This document shows, one piece after another, positions 1-8,422 of a DNA stretch of 32,000 nt; the first letter of the stretch is position 1; the number at the start of each line of letters is the position of its first letter. The notes beneath the pieces were generated by a model, which was not told where the DNA came from, ran no database searches, and saw only the letters and a program-made list of their open reading frames with translations. Source of the DNA: Acaryochloris marina MBIC11017 (GTDB taxonomy: Bacteria > Cyanobacteriota > Cyanobacteriia > Thermosynechococcales > Thermosynechococcaceae); contig NC_009925.1 of assembly GCF_000018105.1 (NCBI RefSeq), positions 4,200,001 to 4,232,000 of the forward strand. The letters are read 5' to 3'. The position numbers and the translations under genes are program-made.

Positions 1-512
1 ATGGTACCCTCAGTCTCATCGCCAACTGGCATGTGGCTCTGGGAAAGGTGATTGCGCCTTCTATCGGACCCACGCGAAAAGAATTTGACTTTGCCAATCA
101 TATTGCCAAGACAGTTGAAACAGCACCGGACGATGGGTGGGTTTTTCTGCTCGACCAGCTCAATACCCATCGATCTGCTTCCCTTGTGCGATGGGTCGCT
201 GTCTGTTGCGGTATTGATTCAGATTTAGGCGTTAAGGGTCAATCTGGTATCCTTCAATCGATGGAAACTCACACGGCCTTCTTGAGCGACCCCAGCCATC
301 GGATCCGATTTGTTTATATCCCCAAACATACCTCCTGACTCAATCAGATTGAATGCTGGTTTAGTATTTTGGTGCGTCGATTGATTCGTCGAGGAAATTT
401 CACCTCCACGGATGATTTGCAACAGCGCATCCTCGATTTTATTGAATATTTCAATCACACTATGGCCAAACCTTTCCAGTGGCAATTTAAGGGATTCACG
501 CCGCATGGATAA
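1..512 (+). pseudogene. IS630-family DDE transposase, C-terminal part (5' end lies outside the window), with an in-frame stop
   Basis: The frame is open from base 3. The translation ...VFLLDQLNTH...IPKHTS*LNQIECWFSILVRRL...FQWQFKG carries the IS630/Tc1-type signature (DNxxxH ... PKHxSWLNxIExxF). TGA at 336-338 sits where the family has a conserved Trp (TGG). The same frame continues to TAA at 510-512. Confidence 0.8.
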
Positions 513-1007
513 CTGATGAACTATTTACAGATCTATGGACTAGTGAAGTATTCATGGGCCGAGACCGATAGCCAAGGAGCGATTGAATCCCGTACTCCAC
601 AATGATCCGTAGGCTGACGATGGTGCAACCTGATTGCCTCTCTAGTATCCTTCTCACAGACAACAATGGTGACAATCATGAGCAAAGTTAAACATTCGCT
701 GCAAGATTGCGATCTCAGTTGGTCCATCCATATCTATAACGGTCGTCACTTGATGGGCTCCCTTTACCCGTCCCATGCGTGGATCTTTTTACTGGGTGCA
801 ACCTTGAGCGGACTAATTATTTTTGCCAGTTCTCAAGTGTCCAATTGTAGGGCTCAACCTTCAAACCTTGACTCCTCAACTCCATCTCCCACCCCAGGGT
901 CATCTCCAACCCTACAGCCTTCTCAAGTCACTCCCTCGTTCCAAGTGGATTAGTGCCCAAAATCTTGATATTAAGGGGGACTTGCTGGCTAGCTTATGAT
1001 GCAAGGG

Positions 1008-1880
1008 CTAAGGCTGCATAAACAGTTGAATGACACCCGTAATGTTGTCATTGCCATATCCTTGTGCGATCGCATCCTGATACACATTTTGAACTGCCTT
1101 CAAAGTGGGCATCGGCTCCTCGACAGCATTTTTTGCTAGCTCCAGTCCATATCGAATATCTTTCTCGACTAAAGAAATTGGGAATAAAGGGGCATGGGCA
1201 TGGGTAATCATCAGATTACCGGCCCCTTGCACCGCTGGGCTGGTCACTGGCAGTTCCTTTAGTGTCGCCATAACCTGGTTGAGAGGTATACCCTGCTGAT
1301 TTAACAGGCTGATGATTTCGGCGACAGCAGCCACTTGCACCCCAAATAAGGCATTGACCGCCAGCTTCATCGCCATACTCTGCCCCACGGTTCCCACATG
1401 ATGAATTCTGGAGCTGGAGGCTGATAAAACATCTTGAACCTTGGCCAGAACTGGGGCTTTTCCGCCAACTAAGTAAATCAGTTGTTGAGCTTCGGCTTGG
1501 GGTCGGGAGCCGACCACGGGAGCTGCGAGAAAGGCAGCCCCACGCTGTTCAATTTCTGTTGCTAAGGTTTGGGTATGGCCCACCGTTAGGGAGCTAGATT
1601 CAATGGCAATGGCCTCTGGGGCTAACCCCTGGGCTGCCCCAGTTTCAGGATCTAACCAAACTGCTTGGGATGCTGGGTCATCCGTTACCATACTGATCAC
1701 AATCGAGGCTTGGACCGCCGCTTCTTGCGGGGAATCCGCTGCCATTGCCCCTGCTTGAACGAGGGTGTGCACAGCTTGGGGAGATCGGTTCCAGACAATC
1801 ACTTCATAGCCTGCTGCGAGCAAATTGATGGCCACGCGGGAACCCATTGCGCCTAACCCTAAAATCGCAATCTTGTTCAT
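1008..1880 (-). CDS. NAD(P)-dependent oxidoreductase, beta-hydroxyacid / 3-hydroxyisobutyrate dehydrogenase family
   Basis: 290-aa ORF with an N-terminal Rossmann motif (MNKIAILGLGAMGSRVAINLLAAGYEVIVWNR) and a C-terminal 6-PGDH-like helical region. A GAGGA RBS lies about 8 nt upstream of the ATG. Confidence 0.9.
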   Translation of the reverse strand: MNKIAILGLGAMGSRVAINLLAAGYEVIVWNRSPQAVHTLVQAGAMAADSPQEAAVQASIVISMVTDDPASQAVWLDPETGAAQGLAPEAIAIESSSLTVGHTQTLATEIEQRGAAFLAAPVVGSRPQAEAQQLIYLVGGKAPVLAKVQDVLSASSSRIHHVGTVGQSMAMKLAVNALFGVQVAAVAEIISLLNQQGIPLNQVMATLKELPVTSPAVQGAGNLMITHAHAPLFPISLVEKDIRYGLELAKNAVEEPMPTLKAVQNVYQDAIAQGYGNDNITGVIQLFMQP

Positions 1881-1902
1881 ATTTGATTTTTCCTCAACGT
1901 CT

Positions 1903-2283
1903 CTAGCTCATCGCCTCGAAGTCATCTACTCGGAGCTTAGCGGTACCATCGGCCTGGAGAACCCAAAGCTCTTTATGAATCACCCCTTGAGCGTTATTCA
2001 TTTTCCAGCCAGAGGTAAGCACGGCGCTGGTGGCATCCACCACCTCAATGGTGGGGTCTAGATATTCAACATCTGAGAACCCATCGGCAATTAGTTTTTG
2101 CCAAAAGGCTTGAATTTCTGTTGTTCCGGTAAAGGTGCCAAAAGGCCTCGCATGCATTGTCGCGGTAGGCTCATATTGGGCTGCACAAAGGGCTGCATTG
2201 CCTGCATTAAACGCAGCTTGCCATTGTTGACTCGCTGCGGTTGTTGCCGCTAGTACGGTATTTTTCTGGTCGTTACTCAACAT
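1903..2283 (-). CDS. NTF2/SnoaL-like (ketosteroid-isomerase-like) small protein
   Basis: The ORF is about 126 aa with the size and pattern of NTF2-fold proteins (...WQAAFNAGNAALCAAQYEPTATMHA...W...). The ORF track starts at a TTG (2289); the ATG at 2283 is the more likely start. It lies 22 bp upstream of the oxidoreductase gene on the same strand. Confidence 0.65.
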   Translation of the reverse strand: MLSNDQKNTVLAATTAASQQWQAAFNAGNAALCAAQYEPTATMHARPFGTFTGTTEIQAFWQKLIADGFSDVEYLDPTIEVVDATSAVLTSGWKMNNAQGVIHKELWVLQADGTAKLRVDDFEAMS

Positions 2284-2349
2284 ATCCAAGGAAATCTAGG
2301 GGTAGACGGATCGGCAAGGCTGTAGCAGAACCTGCCACAGCCTTGAAAT

Positions 2350-3030
2350 TTACTGGGCTGCTTGTAACCAAGCCAAGGCAGTTTCTGGGGCTAACCGTTC
2401 CCGATAGTCAACATCTACAAAGTGGTTTAGGACGGTGCCATCAGCGGCGACCAGATAGGTGGCGGGTACGGGCAATTCAAAACTCTGATCGCCATTGTGA
2501 GTTGTGATATCAATCCCAAAGTTGTTATAAATGGGGCGCAGACTTTCGTCGAGGGTAAAGACGAGCCCAAATTGGCGTGCAACTTGGTTCCCGGTATCGG
2601 TCAGCACTGGAAACTTCAGATCAAATTTCTCTTGGGTGGTGAGGGATTGATCCGGGGACTCTGGCGAAATCGCCACTAGCGTTGCCCCTAAAGCCGCGAT
2701 ATCGTCCAATCGAGCTTGTAGGGCCTGTAACTCTAGATTGCAGTAAGGACACCAGTTCCCCCGATAGAAGGAAATCAGCAGCAGACCTTTAGCCCGTAAC
2801 TCACTGCTGCTAACTGATTTGCCCGTGGCATCCGGCAATTCAAAATCGGGCATAGTTTGTCCAGTTTGTAAGGCTTGGTCTGTAATCCCGGTGGCGGCGA
2901 GTTTAGCGGTGGCGGCTTCCATGGTGGTAAAAACGTTTTCTGGGGCCTGTTGGCGAACGTTTTCCGTAACGGCTTGTAATTCTGTGGCGAGGGACATGGC
3001 AACCTCCAATGACTGCAATTCGTGATTCAC
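2350..3030 (-). CDS. AhpC/TSA (peroxiredoxin-like, thioredoxin-fold) family protein
   Basis: The motif FYRGNWCPYCNLELQAL is typical of AhpC/TSA-redoxin family proteins. An alternative start is Met12 (2997). It is the first gene of a co-directional three-gene cluster divergent from the LysR gene. Confidence 0.85.
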   Translation of the reverse strand: MNHELQSLEVAMSLATELQAVTENVRQQAPENVFTTMEAATAKLAATGITDQALQTGQTMPDFELPDATGKSVSSSELRAKGLLLISFYRGNWCPYCNLELQALQARLDDIAALGATLVAISPESPDQSLTTQEKFDLKFPVLTDTGNQVARQFGLVFTLDESLRPIYNNFGIDITTHNGDQSFELPVPATYLVAADGTVLNHFVDVDYRERLAPETALAWLQAAQ

Positions 3031-3163
3031 CTGAATGTATTTCCACTGTACTCAGGAGAACTTGAACAATAAAGCCCCATGAGTGCATGATACTCGTGCA
3101 TTATATTCATGAATACAACAAGAATTCATGCAAGAATTTCTGGGCGTCAAGGATAGGACCTCA

Positions 3164-4072
3164 ATGGATATATCGGTACTGAAGTTGTTTGTGGATGTCG
3201 TTCGGCAGGGCAGTTTTGCGGGAGCCGCTCGAGATCGCAACATTGATCCATCCTCGGTATCGCGAGCCATTGCTGGACTGGAGAAGGAACTCGATCTGCG
3301 GCTTCTACAGCGGACGACGCGCCAGCTCTCCCTGACGGAAGCGGGAAAAACCTATTTTGAACGAATTGAACCTTTGATCGAAGAGCTACAACAGGCGTCG
3401 GAAATTGCAGCAGATGTGGTGGGGCAACCCAAGGGACAGTTAAGGGTAACGGTATCCGCCTCTTTTGGCTTGAAGTGTATCGTGCCCCTCTTGCCCCAGT
3501 TTGAGCAACTGTATCCAGACCTGACGGTCAATTTATTGTTTTCAGATGCCGTTGAAGATTTGTTGCTCAACCGGATTGATGTCGCGATTCGCCTGGGGCT
3601 GCTCCGGGATTCTACCTTGATTGCTCAGCAGTTGATGCAGACTCGATATCGGGTTTGTGCCAGTCCAGATTATCTAAAGCAGTCGCCCCCGATTGCCGTT
3701 CCCGAGGATATTGCCGACCATAATTGTTTGCGGTTTCCATTGGCAGGGTTTCAGTCTCAATGGTTGTTCAAAGATGCCCAAGGGACCTTAACGGAAGTGC
3801 CGATTCATGGCAACACGGTGATTTCCAATGGTATTGCTCTGCAGCAATGTGTGATCGCAAATATGGGATTGGCCCTACTCCCCAACTGGCTGATCAATGA
3901 AGACTTACGCACAGGTACCCTCGTAGATGTTCTGCCAGCCTATGAGGTCACAGGTACGGACTTTAGTACTGCCGCGTGGTTTGTCTATCCTTCTAGATGC
4001 TATGTTCCCCTCAAGCTCAGAGTGTTCATTGAATTCTTTAAGCAGAACGTTCCTCGTTTGGTGATGCCTTGA
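3164..4072 (+). CDS. LysR-family transcriptional regulator
   Basis: N-terminal wHTH (MDISVLKLFVDVVRQGSFAGAARDRNIDPSSVSRAIAGLEKELDLRLLQRTTR) followed by a LysR substrate-binding domain. The start is placed at the internal ATG that matches the family N-terminus. The gene is divergent from the 3030-1008 cluster. Confidence 0.9.
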   Translation: MDISVLKLFVDVVRQGSFAGAARDRNIDPSSVSRAIAGLEKELDLRLLQRTTRQLSLTEAGKTYFERIEPLIEELQQASEIAADVVGQPKGQLRVTVSASFGLKCIVPLLPQFEQLYPDLTVNLLFSDAVEDLLLNRIDVAIRLGLLRDSTLIAQQLMQTRYRVCASPDYLKQSPPIAVPEDIADHNCLRFPLAGFQSQWLFKDAQGTLTEVPIHGNTVISNGIALQQCVIANMGLALLPNWLINEDLRTGTLVDVLPAYEVTGTDFSTAAWFVYPSRCYVPLKLRVFIEFFKQNVPRLVMP

Positions 4073-4110
4073 TGTTCCCGATTGCGTTTGTCTTGGAGAC
4101 AGGGGGTTAC

Positions 4111-4419
4111 TTACCGTTCTAGGAGCGTCCGTTCTGTTGTCGCTTCATGGGAAAGAACGACTGCTCGCTCAATCAGTGCTGATCCGATGATTGTGGAGAA
4201 TTCTTTATCGGGGATTTGCAGATGTTCCTGGAGGGATGTGAGGTCAGTCCATTTCTCGGTGAGAATAATCTCGGTCGGATCTTCGAGATTCTGAGAGAAA
4301 ATATATTCGATATTGCCTTTGTCTGTGCGGCTTTTCTGGGCACGACGTATCAATGCATCTTTGACCCTAGCAATCTCTTCGGAAGATTGTACTTTTATCT
4401 TTCCAGTAATGATGATCAT
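4111..4419 (-). CDS. ABM-domain (antibiotic biosynthesis monooxygenase / YgiN-like quinol monooxygenase) protein
   Basis: The 102-aa ORF MIIITGKIKV...GNIEYIFSQNLEDPTEIILTEKWTDLTSLQEHL matches the ferredoxin-like ABM pattern (C/N..Y....D......F.E.W.....L..H). Confidence 0.7.
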   Translation of the reverse strand: MIIITGKIKVQSSEEIARVKDALIRRAQKSRTDKGNIEYIFSQNLEDPTEIILTEKWTDLTSLQEHLQIPDKEFSTIIGSALIERAVVLSHEATTERTLLER

Positions 4420-4657
4420 GGCTTGTCTCTAGAATTTTAAGTGTGTCAAACGGCTGCTGGTCTGCTAAGGTAAACTACCATCCATCAAATTTTTCAGCCG
4501 AGAGTGCCCCAGAGATTAATCATTTGTTGATCTCGAACATGAATACATCTTTGATATTGAGTAAGATTAGGCATTCCCACTCTTCTCAAGTCTCCTAGAC
4601 TGTCGCATCACTATAGTGAGACAAATTTTCCGCTAATCTCCTATTATTTTTCAAGCT

Positions 4658-5275
4658 ATGATTCTACGGATAATTGGATTGCTCTGTTTAGGGGGTGTCG
4701 GGATTGCCGGAGTATCTTGGTGGAATATTAGCAAAATAATGACTCCTGTCAGTGAGGAAGTTGTTCTTTCGATGGGTCGAATCAGTTCTTTAGCATTCAC
4801 ACCGACTCAAGAAGTTTCAGCAAGAGATTACAATGTTGAAAATAGCCGAGAATTATTGATCACTTGTGAGGATATTAAATCTCTTGGCATTCAGTGGATA
4901 ATCTCAAATAGCGACATTGCAAAGTCATGGAATTTGTTAGCCAGTACAGATTACTCATGTAATGTCCGTGATAATAAAACAGTCGTAAGCTTCTTGGCTT
5001 CATCATTCAAGCCATCTACGAAGTATTATTTTCATTTATCAAAAAACAATAAATCTGAGAGGCAAACCAGCATTAAAGTCCATGCTGCCATTCAACATGA
5101 AGATGGAATTGGGACTCATTATCTATTTATGAACCTAGCACTTGCGGAATTATTGGGAGGAGGATTATTCGTTGTCAGCCTCATGTGTTTCTTAATAGAT
5201 TTCTGGAAAGTCTTTCATTCTTGGAGATTGTCTAATCAGTCTAAGCAAGGGACACTTGCACCACCCAACAGATAA
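4658..5275 (+). CDS. hypothetical membrane protein (N- and C-terminal TM segments), no family recognised
   Basis: The 205-aa ORF is the only long ORF in a visibly AT-rich islet. It has a hydrophobic N-terminus (ILRIIGLLCLGGVGIAGVSWW) and a C-terminal TM segment (LLGGGLFVVSLMCFLIDFW). A strong hairpin follows it directly. Confidence 0.5.
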   Translation: MILRIIGLLCLGGVGIAGVSWWNISKIMTPVSEEVVLSMGRISSLAFTPTQEVSARDYNVENSRELLITCEDIKSLGIQWIISNSDIAKSWNLLASTDYSCNVRDNKTVVSFLASSFKPSTKYYFHLSKNNKSERQTSIKVHAAIQHEDGIGTHYLFMNLALAELLGGGLFVVSLMCFLIDFWKVFHSWRLSNQSKQGTLAPPNR

Positions 5276-5277
5276 GA

Positions 5278-5316
5278 CTCGAAACTTTATTCTTGTAGAG
5301 AATAATGTGTTTCGAG
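5278..5316 (+). terminator. compound hairpin immediately after the stop of the 4658-5275 ORF
   Basis: CTCGAAAC (5278-5285) pairs with GTTTCGAG (5309-5316). An inner stem TTATTCT/AGAATAA also forms. No clean U-tract follows, so terminator function is uncertain. Confidence 0.4.
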
Positions 5317-5579
5317 AGAATATTCAAACTGCTCTCAAGCCCGTTCATTTGGTAAGGGTTGAAGCATGTGAAGCTAGAGAATTTATTCTCCTCCCTAAAA
5401 AGTGCCATGCTTCCTTATTCTCATGCCCCTGATAGAGAACCGATAGATATCTTCAACAGCAACGTTTAGGTGTTGTTAGTGTGGACAAGATTAGATAATG
5501 ATCTCTACCAGTCCAGTCGTTGACTTCTGACAAAATTGAAATTTATTGAAGTGTTCAATTTTGGACTTGAGAAAAAGGG

Positions 5580-6113
5580 TTAGCTTTCACCATGCAATAT
5601 GGCATGGTTAGGGCAAGTAATACTATCTCCGACGCTTACAAGTCCATTCTCTAAAACTTTGGCATAAAGCCGACTCATCCCTGGATTCCTTTTTTGGCTA
5701 ATACGACCATAGCGACGGAGCTTAAAGTAGCGGGCAATTGTGCGGCAAGGCTGGGCATAGTCCGTGATTTCCAAACGCACCCTCTCTCCTAACTGCAACT
5801 GAATTCCAGGTATCAACTGCTGCCACTCTAAACCTGCCACGGTAATATTTTCCCCCGCCGCTCCCGGTTCAATGGGATGCCCCTCCGCTTGCAGCATGTC
5901 GATGATTTCTGCAGACCATAAACAAACGGCTCGATCTGGACCACCGTGGTGTTTCAGATTCTGTTGACGGTCACCAACCAGCCCCTCTTTGTTAATCTGA
6001 ACGCTAGGAACCGACTGTTTGGGTACGCCTCCATCGGACAAGTTAATCTGAACAATCCGTCCCTGCAGGTTGGTAACAGGAGATTGGGAGGCGTGTAAAT
6101 TTGGCATGGTCAT
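5580..6113 (-). CDS. MOSC domain-containing protein (YiiM-like)
   Basis: The translation ...GLVGDRQQNLKHHGGPDRAVCLWS...GENITVAGL...GERVRLEITDYAQPCRTIA... matches the MOSC beta-barrel with its conserved Cys. The start is set at the internal MTMPNL Met rather than the longest ORF (6152). Confidence 0.85.
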   Translation of the reverse strand: MTMPNLHASQSPVTNLQGRIVQINLSDGGVPKQSVPSVQINKEGLVGDRQQNLKHHGGPDRAVCLWSAEIIDMLQAEGHPIEPGAAGENITVAGLEWQQLIPGIQLQLGERVRLEITDYAQPCRTIARYFKLRRYGRISQKRNPGMSRLYAKVLENGLVSVGDSITCPNHAILHGES

Positions 6114-6236
6114 GGTGTCGACACAGATCATCCATTCAAAGCATAGTGCCATTCTGAAGCACTATCCGTTAGATAGCACTGCTCGTTCAATTGGGTTGGA
6201 CATCCAGCCGTGAAACATTCTGGTGATGGGGAGGCT

Positions 6237-7502
6237 TTAAGCCATCCCCATATCGAGCTTTAATTTGGCCAGATCATCATCCATCTCCAAGTCTCGGTAG
6301 ATCAGCTCCTTTTCATCCAAACCGTAGGAGTCCATTAATGCCTGAATTTGATCCGCCCCTTCGACCTTGTCACTCTCCGATAGGATACCGATCACCCGCT
6401 TGAGGCAATTCACCTTACCGACAATTTTCAGTACTGGTGCAGCCGTTGCAAAAGCGGCTCCTGCTGGGGGAAAGACGATAGAAATGGCTACAATGCCACC
6501 TGTGACAACGGTCGTTGTTGCCGCAGCAGTTGCAGAGGCTTTCAACGTATCCACTAGGGCATCTTCAACCGATTTTTGGCCTTGCTGAACTGCCACAAAA
6601 TTATTCAGACCACTAAAAGCTAATTCAAATCCCAAAGCTGATTTTCCAGCTTTAACGGCCTGGGTGGCAACGACCTTTGTGCCTGCTTGAAAGTTAATCT
6701 TTGCTTTGGCCTTGGCAATATTTTGTTGTTCGGTGGGAGTGATATTTTTTTGACCCCTTGCCCGATTTACGGATGAGGCTTCCCAGTCACCATTACTCGC
6801 CTTGTTAGATCCCCCGTGGGCATGGGATTTTTTATGGCTCCAATCGTGATTCTGTTTATATTGACTAATGCCCTTGGCTCCTAGACGACAGACATTTTTA
6901 GGGATTTTGTTATACATTTTCTGGGCTTCTTGCCAGGACCGAGTTTCTCCCGCCCTCAGCCCTGCTGCTTTGATGCGTTGTTGTAAGTCTTGAGGTAACT
7001 GCTCAAAGTCAACTGGATCTGGCGTTTGAACGTCCGTTGCAGCAGCTGGCGTATTCCAAGGGGTGTTGGCATCTGGAGTAGTACGGGGAGTTGTGTCATC
7101 TGGACCCGCTGGGGCGTTGCCTGTCGCATAAGCGGCAGCAGAGGGGAATGAAGTGCTCTGCTCAGTCGATTGGGATGACCCAACATTCGAGGGTTTGGAG
7201 TTTAAAGATTCAATTGAGAACTGACTAAACCACTGCAAGGATTGAGTGGGGGTATCCTTAGCGTAGATTTCGACTTGTCTAATCAAGGGAATTTTAAGAT
7301 GAAGCAGGAAGTTTTTAATGTATTTCTCAATAGGTGCTCTGGGTGGAGTACCGTCTGATTTTTGGATAATAAAAATAATGTTTTCAGCTTCAATAATTGC
7401 TCTACCCGTTACAGCTAGGGTTTGCAACACATAATTGAGAGCATAGGTGATGGCGTCAGGTTGACCCTGACGGGCAAGCCTTAAGATATTAGATTGCAGC
7501 AT
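6237..7502 (-). CDS. multi-domain hypothetical protein: N-terminal alpha/beta module, P/T/A-rich linker, cysteine-less HNH-type nuclease motif, Gly/Ala-rich TM segment, acidic tail
   Basis: 421-aa ORF. Residues 220-250 (DNA 6753-6845) read DWSHKKSHAHGGSNKASNGDWEASSVNRARG. Their spacing matches the canonical HNH motif DHxxPxSxGGxNxxxNLxxxCxxCNxxKG (H, GG, N, N, N/H). Residues about 326-356 (AAATTTVVTGGIVAISIVFPPAGAAFATAAP) are hydrophobic and glycine-zipper-like. Confidence 0.75.
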   Translation of the reverse strand: MLQSNILRLARQGQPDAITYALNYVLQTLAVTGRAIIEAENIIFIIQKSDGTPPRAPIEKYIKNFLLHLKIPLIRQVEIYAKDTPTQSLQWFSQFSIESLNSKPSNVGSSQSTEQSTSFPSAAAYATGNAPAGPDDTTPRTTPDANTPWNTPAAATDVQTPDPVDFEQLPQDLQQRIKAAGLRAGETRSWQEAQKMYNKIPKNVCRLGAKGISQYKQNHDWSHKKSHAHGGSNKASNGDWEASSVNRARGQKNITPTEQQNIAKAKAKINFQAGTKVVATQAVKAGKSALGFELAFSGLNNFVAVQQGQKSVEDALVDTLKASATAAATTTVVTGGIVAISIVFPPAGAAFATAAPVLKIVGKVNCLKRVIGILSESDKVEGADQIQALMDSYGLDEKELIYRDLEMDDDLAKLKLDMGMA

Positions 7503-8211
7503 AACTACTTTTTAAGAATAGAAGAAAATTTATTCGTTTTTGTGGGCTATGTCTCAATAGCTGTATGTTTTTTGATTGGATTTAAAATATAAATATACAT
7601 TTACTGTTGGACTTAAAAATTGATCAGATTTTTTGTTTGTGAGACGTAAAAATATCTGATTATTTACTTTAAGATTCCCAGTTTTTTGATTCACTTCTTA
7701 TGGCTCTATAAATGTAATTTTTTGAGTGATTGATGCTAGTCGGGTACGATCGCAACCTTGCGACTATTACAGCGAGTCACCCTGAGTAGACTCCCTATAC
7801 GTAAGCTGAAACGCCCTGGTTATGGCAGGGCTGGAGAAGAACTCAACTATTCAGGTAAGGGCTTTATCTTGAAAAATCTGGGATTTGTCAGGATATATCC
7901 GTTTTATCTGAAATTAAATCTCTAATTCAGGTCATTACTTCGATATCTAGGCTTTTTCACCTGATCTATTTCTTTAGTAACAAATTATTAAAGCCTGAAT
8001 ACCCCAATATGGGCTTAACGCCTGTGTCGGCATGGACTCTAGGTCTAAATTAAGGTGTTGCAATAGTATATTTGTACTGATACACTTGTACTATGCGAAC
8101 GAGGAAAACACCTTCTTCCGTCGGGTGACCTTTCTCAACTGGCGTTGCCAAGCCTTGACAGCGCCATCGCATCATCACTCCCTCACTTTTTATTTGGATG
8201 CAGGTGTTCAT

Positions 8212-8376
8212 ATGTCTCACTTTCAAATCATTTTTCTAGACGCTCAATGCCAGAGTGCCTATTGCCAAGGGCTTGAAGATGCATTGAAATCCCTGCCACC
8301 TCGGTACGCCAGGAATCCAGAGTATATGCAGGGATATAACAGCCTGGAGTCTCATACCTCCCAATGGGCTGCCTAA
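8212..8376 (+). CDS. small hypothetical protein (54 aa)
   Basis: The ATG at 8212 gives MSHFQIIFLDAQCQSAYCQGLEDALKSLPPRYARNPEYMQGYNSLESHTSQWAA. It ends 46 nt before the next gene on the same strand. The longer 8032 start adds an implausible Cys/His-rich leader. No clear RBS. Confidence 0.35.
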   Translation: MSHFQIIFLDAQCQSAYCQGLEDALKSLPPRYARNPEYMQGYNSLESHTSQWAA

Positions 8377-8422
8377 CAACCGCTTTCCCCACCCTCAACT
8401 AACCATCAAGGAGATTTCAATA

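Noticed and set aside
225-506. 93-aa ORF antisense to the truncated transposase
   Set aside because: It is the antisense shadow of a recognisable IS630 transposase frame.
533-953. ORFs 533-727 (-) and 666-953 (+) between the truncated IS and the dehydrogenase gene
   Set aside because: They have no RBS and mutually overlap. The sequences are low-complexity (S/P/T-rich tail) or Cys-rich. The interval probably contains the unrecognised right end of the truncated IS. The evidence is insufficient to call a gene.
8072-8092. Possible NtcA-type site (GTA-N8-TAC) in TTGTACTGATACACTTGTACT
   Set aside because: The spacing does not fit TGTA-N8-TACA. The only real feature is a 7-bp direct repeat, which is mentioned in a finding at low weight.
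8032-8211. N-terminal extension making the small ORF 114 aa
   Set aside because: The extension (MDSRSKLRCCNSIFVLIHLYYANEEN...) lies in AT-rich, promoter-like DNA and looks non-protein-like. The shorter 8212 start is reported instead, itself at low confidence.
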